DNA of 47,573 nt from Lama guanicoe. Lineage: Eukaryota. Position 1 is the first letter of the stretch; each line of letters begins with the position of its first letter. The DNA lies in the NCBI GenBank assembly GCA_013239625.1, contig MU053611.1:62001-109573 (forward strand), in the 5' to 3' direction. The translations under genes and the position numbers were made by a program. Below are positions 38,648 to 47,573 of the stretch, piece after piece. The notes beneath the pieces were generated by a model. The model did not search any database. It had not been told where the DNA came from and was given only the letters and a program-made list of their open reading frames with translations.

Positions 38648-39124
38648 CCATACTCATCAAAAAAACTTTCTGAATTGGAGGAAATCTTTATTTAAAGAAT
38701 ACTTGTTATTGTCAAAATCTTGTAGCAGTCTGAATACATATACATGGGATTTCCTGAATTTATAAATCTACCTTTGGTGGACAGACTCAATTCTAAGAAA
38801 CATTCATCATGTTAAGCTATTTCCATTTGGGCTGACAGTAAATTGTTCCTGTGAGAACTGTCTGAATGGATGAAATGAGTTCTTTTTTTAGCTCTTTATA
38901 TTTAAGTGAGGTGCACATGACACAACATATTTTAGATAAAAAATGTTCTTGAGTATGGTGAATAAAAATATAGAAAGTAGGTTCCTATTCAATCTGATTT
39001 TTTAATGAAACATAAGATGTTTTCCTTCTTAGGAAGGGTTGTGTAGCCCTCTTGCAGACACAATTTTCCTATACATATTTATTACTGGGTGAAAATTATT
39101 TCACTTAAGATAAATACTGGTTGA
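38648..39124 (+). pseudogene. Last three pseudo-exons (about 38648-38837, 38892-38952, 39033-39124)
   Basis: SELEE/FKEYLLLSKSCSSLNTY, LYLSEVHMTQHIL and NFPIHIYYWVKI resemble RGSL1 SEMEKFNDLVSSAHMLQVNRAY, VNVPEFQKDAIL and VFPVVMYFWKRF. aataaa at 39153. Confidence 0.55.
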
Positions 39125-39799
39125 AAGAATGACTAAATCTTTTAGCATATGCAATAAATTGGCTTTCACATTACAGCATAAGTTAAACTAACAGAGGACA
39201 AATTACACTTAAAAATACTTGAAATCTGCTCAGTTAATCTGCAAAGTTTTAATTAACTCTCTTGAGGGTTGAGTAAGGTGCAGTGGATAATTCTGAAGAT
39301 ATTCTTCAAGTAATAGTAAAATTAGTATAAATCGCACATGAGTTTATCCTACCAAACAACTGTTTTTATTCGTTTCATCAAACTAAAGATACCAAATGTG
39401 AAAAAAATATAGGCAGAATACAGTAAAATTCTTCCCAGTAAATAATAATGCATGAAAATAATGCAAGGACAACTGAAAATGGACTGCATTTTAAAGTCAA
39501 ATTCATTAATAATAAATTTTTTAAATGAGTCTGAAGCAGAAATCAGTTTACAAAATTTGAGGGATACTAACGATGGCTATTTAGTCTAGGCTGTTTTCTA
39601 CTATGGTTACTAAGTTGAGACCTGTCCATTAGCTGAGAGGCACACTTGGAAACATACTTAGGGAGTTTCAGTAGAAAGCATTAGTCATCAGGCTTATAAA
39701 GGCAGTGATGCCATGCCAAAACTCCACATGCACAAGTTAAGCAGAAGAAAAACAGTGTAACACCTAAAATGTTAGTATGTGTGCGTGTATATAACCTTT

Positions 39800-40604
39800 T
39801 GTTTCTCACCAAAACTAAAAAATTTGTTTTTGGGAATTCAGTTTTGCTGGTCATATATTTACTTAGCTTTTGCTTTCCTGAAAAAACAGATTATTATTTT
39901 GCCTGAATCTACGAATATTTTTTACTGGATAAAGTACTAAGTTTGCAGTTTTCTTTCTTTTAACACATTAATACTATTCCAATGATTTTTGGCTTGTCAG
40001 TTTCTCATGAGGAGTTTGTGGTTATTATTATCTTTACTGTACTTACACAGTAAGAACTTTCCTCTGGCTTCTTTCCAATTTTTTAAAATAATTTTTTAGC
40101 AATTTGATTATGATATTTTTAGTATCGGTGTTTGCGTTTTTTGGAAAAAAACTATTTCTACCTTCTTAACTTAGCAAGTATTTCTCCACAGACTTTTTTT
40201 CCCTCAATCCCTCCCTACCTTCCGAGTATGAAACAACGTAAGATGCTTGATACTGTCACTTGGATCACTGAAACTTTAAAATTTTTTCACTCTTTTTCCT
40301 TTCTGTGCTTCATTCTGGATAGTTTCTGTTGCTGTTTCTTCAAGTTCAGTGTTTTCACTCTTCACAAGATTCACCTTTACCTTCAAGTTCAATTTTCCTT
40401 CTGCAATATCTAGTTGGTTGGTAATACCTTGCAGTGAAATGTTTATTTCAGACACGGTATCTCTCATCTGTAACATTTTTAAGTTTTATGTTTTTAAAAT
40501 TTCTCTTGATTTTTATGTTTCTTTAAATTTCTCTCTTCATTACAGCCAAATTTTCCTCTGAGTAAGTCCACAGATTCACAGTAACTATTTTAAAGTCCAT
40601 GTCT
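39800..40604 (-). mobile_element. Old L1 (L1MD/ME-type) ORF1 fragment
   Basis: ORF 40276-40476 (GITNQLDIAEGKL...ELEETATETIQNEAQKGKR) is an L1 ORF1p coiled coil. Confidence 0.8.
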
Positions 40605-41479
40605 GGGCATTAGCAAAACGGCGGCACAGGAATTTCTACCACTCAGCCACCCCCACCCTCAACTATCTGCTCAGAAAGTACCTTCACGCCAGCCAAGGAT
40701 TCCAGGTGAAGGATTCCAGGCTCTCATTGAAGCGTAGAAACAAGGAGGGAAGGAAAGACAGATTCCCATCACCCCCAGGACCCTTCCCACAGGTCCTAGC
40801 GGCCCGCATGCGCAAACGGAGAGACGCCGCCGCCAGGAAGGAGAATGGAGGGAGCGCCTGACTTCACCACCCACCTGAGGGGAGAGCAGCCTTGCCGCAG
40901 CACTCGCGGACGCCCTAGGTCCGAAGTGACTCACTGCGGGCTCCCAACAACACAGCCTCTCGGACTGCGGCCCCTGCTGCCTCAGTGACCTCAGTCTTCC
41001 CCGGGGCCTGCTGGCTACCAGCCGCCTGAGGAAGCTCCCGCGAGACCAGGCCCACGACGGCTGTCCGGGAATCAAGAAACTGGCTCACCTGCGTCTCCGG
41101 ACTCCAGGCCGACTCCAGGCCTCCCGCACGCCTCCCGCACGCCTCGCGCCCCTTGTCTGCCTGCCGCTCACGCAGCCTCAGGTGGCTCCTTGGCCCCAGG
41201 CTCTCAGCAGGCCCCAGCGAATCCGGGCGTCCGGTTCCTCCAGGAGACAGGCGGCTCCAGGGACCTTAGGTTGCTCCACGGCCCTAAGTCCCCGGAGAGC
41301 GACGCCTGCCGGCCCCGAGGCCCCGTGCCTCTCGCGTGGACCAGGTGGCGTCCACAACGCCAGGCCTCCGCAGGTTCCCGCGAGCCCGCAATCCTGAGGG
41401 ATTGGTCTCACAACTGCGCCTGCGCCCGCGGCTCCAGTAGCCCCAAGCAGCTCCCGTCGCCGCCCGAAGCGTTTTCCAG
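40605..41479 (+). promoter_or_regulatory. CpG island, apparently derived from an L1M2-like 5' UTR; candidate (bidirectional) promoter
   Basis: GC- and CpG-rich in an AT-rich context. Starts gggcattagcaaaacggcgg, like L1 5' termini. NRF1-like sites at 40805-40814 and 41415-41425, reverse CCAAT at 41401. Donors: CAG|GTAAGT (+, 41480) and CAG|GTGAGC (-, 41088). Confidence 0.7.
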
Positions 41480-42145
41480 GTAAGTCAAAGCTTCCTGTTT
41501 TAAGTCTTCTAGTGGTGAAAACGGAAAACATCCAAGAATATATAGCTCTACTAAGTTACTGTTTTTCTCTTTCGCTTTACCCAAAAGGCTAAGTTTCTTT
41601 AAAGAAAACAATACTTAAGAAAAGTCCCTCATATTCTTTAATTCAAAATGTTTACTAAACATTTTTCTAATTTATCTAGATCCTTTTGCCATTTATTTTC
41701 ATAATAGTAAGATTCATCAATTTTAATATGCATTAATATGTTTTCATGTGCTTTAAAACTAAATGGAAGAAGTGCCAAATTATCTTGAAATTTAGCTTTT
41801 AGTTAAAATTCAATACACAATATTGTGAATCTACTCCAGGCTGCGCTAATTCTACATTAAGCAATAAACGTGATAGGAGTCTTTTAATGTAGGCGAATTT
41901 AAATAAATGCCACTTAAAGGAATTTTTATAGAAGGCGCCTATGCAAGATAGACTAGCAATAACTCAGGGAATCTACATTCAGAGCTGTTCTTCACAGTGG
42001 GATTACAGTGTATTTATGAACACCTGCTGGGTTCAAGTGTGAATTTGCACGGTGATTTTTAAATTATGTATTTCTAATATACATTTACTTACATACCCCA
42101 TTTGTGAATTGTTCCTGAGATGTGCAACAATCACAGTTGTAAGGA
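41480..42145 (-). repeat. Diverged inverted copy of about 35010-35655 (also about 37230-37873)
   Basis: The reverse complement aligns continuously, e.g. aagtgccaaattatcttgaaatttag, tgtttactaaacatttttctaat and tgtatttatgaacacctgc. Roughly 75-80% identity by eye. Confidence 0.9.
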
Positions 42146-42961
42146 CGCTTTTTATTTTGATGTGTATAAATCTGTTTCTTATTGGAAAATGCAAATAATT
42201 TTTTCTTTTCTCTTAAATTTACCATTCAGAATTTTGTAGCGTAAATGTAGAATAGCACATCTTCTAGCTACTATCTCTCTTAAATTCCTTAGGCTGCAGT
42301 GACTATATTTTGACTACATTTCTAAAATGTAGTCTTTTTCAAGGTTGAGCACAGCCTTAAATTCATGCATTGCTGTCAATGGGGAGGATGGGTGAACGGT
42401 CTGTGGGTGGTGTCATTTACTCAAAGAATAAGTGTTCTTCATCTGAAACAGCATACAGCCAACCTAGAAAAGCACAACATCACCATTTAAATTGGAGTCA
42501 AGAGAGGGCATAATCAGAAGAACCCTTTGGTATTATAGAGCAATGGTTAAAAAATTCTTGGACGTTAGGGCATGGCCACCCCTAGAGGACTGTCTAGCCT
42601 GTTCCTGTGGGTGTGATGAAAGCCTTGGGTGCCAGAGGTGATGGTAGAATGAGTAGGGTAAAGTGCTGAAGATCAGAGGTGGTGGCATGTGGTTGAAAGA
42701 GTCAATTCACTAGCTAATAGAGCTCCTCAAGCCCAAGGGTTGGTGGTGGAATCTCATCAGCTTTGAGTGTATTGAACTCACATGTGTTCAACATGAGTGA
42801 GAGTCACAACAAATCAACATATAGGTACCATTTTGGTGACCTAATCTCACACAATCTAGTGAAAGAAATACTATGCCAGTTGTCAGGAACAAAAAGTGCG
42901 TTAGGCCTCCTTTGTAGAATCTTGCAGCCCTTAGACAATTTCATAAACGTGAATGTCAAAA

Positions 42962-43560
42962 TGTTACCGGGAAAAGGAAAATAAGAATTACCTCGGTTCT
43001 TAGTCACCTGAAAAAAAGAATTTTTGATGAGAGACAGAAAACATGATATAAGCAAGATTTTTATTAGTGAAGTAAAAAAATAGAAAAAAGTACACTCCTG
43101 AGAAATGGGAGTTGGCCAATCCAAGAGGGGAAAAATGGTGCCGTTTCCTGGTTTTGTTTTTATATCCTGATTTTATGATTGCTTGATTGGTTAATTGATT
43201 GATTTACAACTCAGGTTCCCTGTGCTCTGGTTGATTGACAGTTGAGGTTCCTTGTGTTCTGGATTGTTCTTTTCCCCTTTTGCTCCCCCTGCCCAGTTAT
43301 CATTACTGTCTAAACTACCTAACAGGAACTCCTTGTGGCTTTTAGTGGATCCCGTGCATGGGAAGTTTCTTAGAGCCCTGAAGGGAGAAGTGGGGACTGA
43401 GGCTCACACAATTTCTGGGCAAGGCTCAAGGAACTCCACTCATGTATCACTACTAGTCTCAGCTGTTCCTAGGCAATGGGGGAACCTTTCTTTGAAAAAG
43501 CAAAACATGGTAACCCCTTGAGGTATGGGGCTGGGGGGCAGAGCCACTGCCTATATCTAA
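42962..43560 (-). mobile_element. ERV1-type solo LTR; partial copy at 45341-45794
   Basis: Starts tgttaccgg. On the minus strand there is AATAAA at about 43060, a TATA-like motif at about 43160 and CCAAT boxes. About 600 bp. Confidence 0.6.
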
Positions 43561-43585
43561 GGACAGTATTTCTTTTACACTAGTA

Positions 43586-43802
43586 CAGTTTCTAGCCTCA
43601 GCACTAGTGGTTTTTTAGCTGAATAATTTTTTTCTGTGGGGGACTGTCACATGCATTGTGGGATGTTAATCAGCATCCCTGACCTCTACTCACCGGACAC
43701 CAGTGGTGTCCCTCGCTCCCCAAATGTGACAACCAAACATGTTTCCAGACATTACCAAGTGTCTTTTGGGAAAGTAAAATCATCCTTGATTGAAAACCAC
43801 TG
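43586..43802 (-). mobile_element. MER20 hAT-Charlie element; copy at 45820-46036
   Basis: gcatccctgacctctactca...gtgacaaccaaacatgtttccagacatt...ttgaaaaccactg. Confidence 0.85.
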
Positions 43803-44375
43803 TTTTAGAATTTTAGTTCTTCCAGTAAAGTATCCTAATATTTCTACTGAATCTTTTGAGTATTAGAAGAGTTCTCTTCTTTATATTGGCCAGAAGTTTG
43901 TCTTCTAGTACTGCATTAGCTCTGGAAGTTTCTTTTCTTAAAGTTCCCTGGAAGTTTGTTTCAATTAACCTCATGGAATTTCACCTGTGCGTTTGTGGCT
44001 TAATATTCAGCAGCAGATTCAAGGAAGACCCTGTGCAGGTATCTTGAACTCTTTCCTTTGTGTAGCTTCTCGTTTTTTCTGTTAATTTGTCCTCCAGATT
44101 TCACCACCATCCTTCACTGAATACTCATCTCTATCTCCTCATTTCTCTCAGAATTCCATGAATGTCTTAGGAAACTGATCTTGCCAAGGAATCTCTAGGT
44201 AGAAAGGAAAGTAAATATAGACCTACCTTTTTCTCTCCTGGGTCACAATGCCACCTTGCTGCCCACCAGTATCTGAGAATAATTGTTTCATATGCTTTGT
44301 CTGGGGTTCTAGTTGTTTCTGTCATGGGGGTAAATTCAGTTCCAGCTACTTCATAATAGCTGGAAGAAGAGTCCC
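43803..44375 (-). mobile_element. 5' end of old L1MD/ME, likely the same element as 39800-40604; copy at +2234
   Basis: ttctagttgtttc...ccagctacttcataatagctggaagaagagtc matches the reversed 5' terminus of old L1s. Confidence 0.6.
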
Positions 44376-44419
44376 TTCCCCTTATCTTCTCTTAAAATAA
44401 GCTTCTTGATCAGATTTTT

Positions 44420-45310
44420 AATTTTTTCAGTGGTAGTTCACTTCCCACTCTCACCTAAACGTACTCTAATCTGTTTTTCACTTTGATTACTCTCACTCTG
44501 CCGAATGGTTTTTGTCTAAGATTACTAAGTGACTTCTTTATCCCCAAACCCCTTTGCATTGTTTGACTTCTCAATTGATCTGACCTCTCAGCAGGGTTAG
44601 GCATTTTTGATTACCATCTCCCTCCTTGGGAAGAAACAAAAACAAAAATAAAATGAAACAAAAATAAATCTTCCTTCTCTTGTTTTCGTAACACTTGGTG
44701 TTTTATTCTTCTCCATCCAGCTATTAGAAGCCTCACACTTTGGACCTAGACCCCTCCACTGGGCTCTAGGATAGAATATTCATTTACTAACTTGGCATTG
44801 CCATCAAGAAATCTCAAGGGAATATCAAATATGGTAGCTCAAAGACAGAGCACTTCAGTTTATTTGCTCCAAAACATGAAGTTCTTCCTGAGTTTGTTAT
44901 CTCAATAAATGTTACCATAATTTGTCCAGCTGTGCCAAAAAAAGATATCCTTGACCATTTCCTCTCCTTCACTTCCATGCCATCCATCACTAGACCCTGT
45001 CAGTCAGTTGAACATCCTAAATATCCTATAAATTCATCAACTGCCCACTTCCAACCCTTGATCAAATCATCCTCATGTCTTCTAGTCTATTGCAATACCT
45101 TAAAGATCTTTATTTGCACTGACTTCTGTACAACCTCTTCTCCACCTTGCTGCCAGAGTGGTCTCAAAATGCAATCTGGTTATGACAGCTCTTGCCTAAG
45201 TGGGTTGCTTGGTATCCAGTTGCTTTTAGAATAAAGACTTAAAAATTTAATATGACACATATTCTCTTCTTAGAACACATAACTGCTTATGACCAACTTC
45301 CTTCTCCTGC
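44420..45310 (+). mobile_element. L2 ORF2/3' fragment; copy at +2234
   Basis: tgacctctcagcag...tatctcaataaatgttacc...ttgctgccagagtggtctcaaaatgcaatctgg. Confidence 0.7.
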
Positions 45311-47573
45311 CCCTGACAAACACATTTATTTATTACTCTAGGGAGTTGGCCAATCCAAGAGGGGAAAAATGGTGCCGTTTCCTGGTTTTGTTTTTATATC
45401 CTGATTTTATGATTGCTTGATTGGTTAATTGATTGATTTACAACTCAGGTTCCCTGTGCTCTGGTTGATTGACAGTTGAGGTTCCTTGTGTTCTGGATTG
45501 TTCTTTTCCCCTTTTGCTCCCCCTGCCCAGTTATCATTACTGTCTAAACTACCTAACAGGAACTCCTTGTGGCTTTTAGTGGATCCCGTGCATGGGAAGT
45601 TTCTTAGAGCCCTGAAGGGAGAAGTGGGGACTGAGGCTCACACAATTTCTGGGCAAGGCTCAAGGAACTCCACTCATGTATCACTACTAGTCTCAGCTGT
45701 TCCTAGGCAATGGGGGAACCTTTCTTTGAAAAAGCAAAACATGGTAACCCCTTGAGGTATGGGGCTGGGGGGCAGAGCCACTGCCTATATCTAAGGACAG
45801 TATTTCTTTTACACTAGTACAGTTTCTAGCCTCAGCACTAGTGGTTTTTTAGCTGAATAATTTTTTTCTGTGGGGGACTGTCACATGCATTGTGGGATGT
45901 TAATCAGCATCCCTGACCTCTACTCACCGGACACCAGTGGTGTCCCTCGCTCCCCAAATGTGACAACCAAACATGTTTCCAGACATTACCAAGTGTCTTT
46001 TGGGAAAGTAAAATCATCCTTGATTGAAAACCACTGTTTTAGAATTTTAGTTCTTCCAGTAAAGTATCCTAATATTTCTACTGAATCTTTTGAGTATTAG
46101 AAGAGTTCTCTTCTTTATATTGGCCAGAAGTTTGTCTTCTAGTACTGCATTAGCTCTGGAAGTTTCTTTTCTTAAAGTTCCCTGGAAGTTTGTTTCAATT
46201 AACCTCATGGAATTTCACCTGTGCGTTTGTGGCTTAATATTCAGCAGCAGATTCAAGGAAGACCCTGTGCAGGTATCTTGAACTCTTTCCTTTGTGTAGC
46301 TTCTCGTTTTTTCTGTTAATTTGTCCTCCAGATTTCACCACCATCCTTCACTGAATACTCATCTCTATCTCCTCATTTCTCTCAGAATTCCATGAATGTC
46401 TTAGGAAACTGATCTTGCCAAGGAATCTCTAGGTAGAAAGGAAAGTAAATATAGACCTACCTTTTTCTCTCCTGGGTCACAATGCCACCTTGCTGCCCAC
46501 CAGTATCTGAGAATAATTGTTTCATATGCTTTGTCTGGGGTTCTAGTTGTTTCTGTCATGGGGGTAAATTCAGTTCCAGCTACTTCATAATAGCTGGAAG
46601 AAGAGTCCCTTCCCCTTATCTTCTCTTAAAATAAGCTTCTTGATCAGATTTTTAATTTTTTCAGTGGTAGTTCACTTCCCACTCTCACCTAAACGTACTC
46701 TAATCTGTTTTTCACTTTGATTACTCTCACTCTGCCGAATGGTTTTTGTCTAAGATTACTAAGTGACTTCTTTATCCCCAAACCCCTTTGCATTGTTTGA
46801 CTTCTCAATTGATCTGACCTCTCAGCAGGGTTAGGCATTTTTGATTACCATCTCCCTCCTTGGGAAGAAACAAAAACAAAAATAAAATGAAACAAAAATA
46901 AATCTTCCTTCTCTTGTTTTCGTAACACTTGGTGTTTTATTCTTCTCCATCCAGCTATTAGAAGCCTCACACTTTGGACCTAGACCCCTCCACTGGGCTC
47001 TAGGATAGAATATTCATTTACTAACTTGGCATTGCCATCAAGAAATCTCAAGGGAATATCAAATATGGTAGCTCAAAGACAGAGCACTTCAGTTTATTTG
47101 CTCCAAAACATGAAGTTCTTCCTGAGTTTGTTATCTCAATAAATGTTACCATAATTTGTCCAGCTGTGCCAAAAAAAGATATCCTTGACCATTTCCTCTC
47201 CTTCACTTCCATGCCATCCATCACTAGACCCTGTCAGTCAGTTGAACATCCTAAATATCCTATAAATTCATCAACTGCCCACTTCCAACCCTTGATCAAA
47301 TCATCCTCATGTCTTCTAGTCTATTGCAATACCTTAAAGATCTTTATTTGCACTGACTTCTGTACAACCTCTTCTCCACCTTGCTGCCAGAGTGGTCTCA
47401 AAATGCAATCTGGTTATGACAGCTCTTGCCTAAGTGGGTTGCTTGGTATCCAGTTGCTTTTAGAATAAAGACTTAAAAATTTAATATGACACATATTCTC
47501 TTCTTAGAACACATAACTGCTTATGACCAACTTCCTTCTCCTGCCCCTGACAAACACATTTATTTATTACTCT

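Larger units (their letters stand above)
2335..39124 (+). pseudogene. Unprocessed, heavily disabled multi-exon pseudogene, probably a distant RGSL1/RGS22-family paralog
   Basis: About 20 segments, mostly AG...GT-bounded and all on +, lie between repeats. Their translations are colinear with human RGSL1 as recalled from memory. Most carry stops or frameshifts. Confidence 0.65.
43107..47573 (+). repeat. Tandem duplication, period 2234 (43107-45339 / 45341-47573)
   Basis: Four identical ORF pairs at offset 2234, an extra A at 45340, and the window ends exactly at the unit end. Confidence 0.95.

Noticed and set aside
40671..41611. Several 67-134 aa ORFs in the CpG island
   Set aside because: Stop-poor GC-rich sequence giving low-complexity P/G/R/A translations on both strands; no recognisable protein.
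42771..42792. Short palindrome ttgaactcacatgtgttcaa
   Set aside because: Too short and isolated to support a structured RNA or element.
1..47573. CRISPR arrays, operons, tRNA/rRNA genes or other prokaryote-type systems
   Set aside because: No repeat-spacer array, gene-dense coding region or RNA-gene signature. The reverse transcriptase and endonuclease ORFs are ordinary LINE-1.

Overview
Mammalian genomic DNA, AT-rich and repeat-rich, with a 666-nt N gap. It is probably camelid, judging from the young L1 3' UTR and the absence of recognisable Alu, Bov-tA/BovB, PRE-1 or Can-SINE elements. I find no intact protein-coding gene. The main hidden content is a chain of about 20 plus-strand exon-like segments (about 2.3-39.1 kb). 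Most are flanked by canonical AG/GT sites but are full of stops and frameshifts. Their translations align in order, by eye and from memory, with RGSL1/RGS22-type multi-RGS-domain proteins at low identity, which suggests an unannotated, decayed RGSL1-like paralog with RFX and MYB motifs at its 5' end. Downstream, a CpG island (40.6-41.5 kb) appears to be an old L1 5' UTR. It is fused at a perfect splice donor to a diverged inverted copy of one of the pseudogene's introns, and this unit sits inside an older L1. Also present are a near-full-length defective young L1 (13.7-20.0 kb), many old L1/L2/MIR/MLT/MER/Tigger/LTR relics, and four near-identical 1.5-2.4 kb duplications that are probably assembly artefacts.
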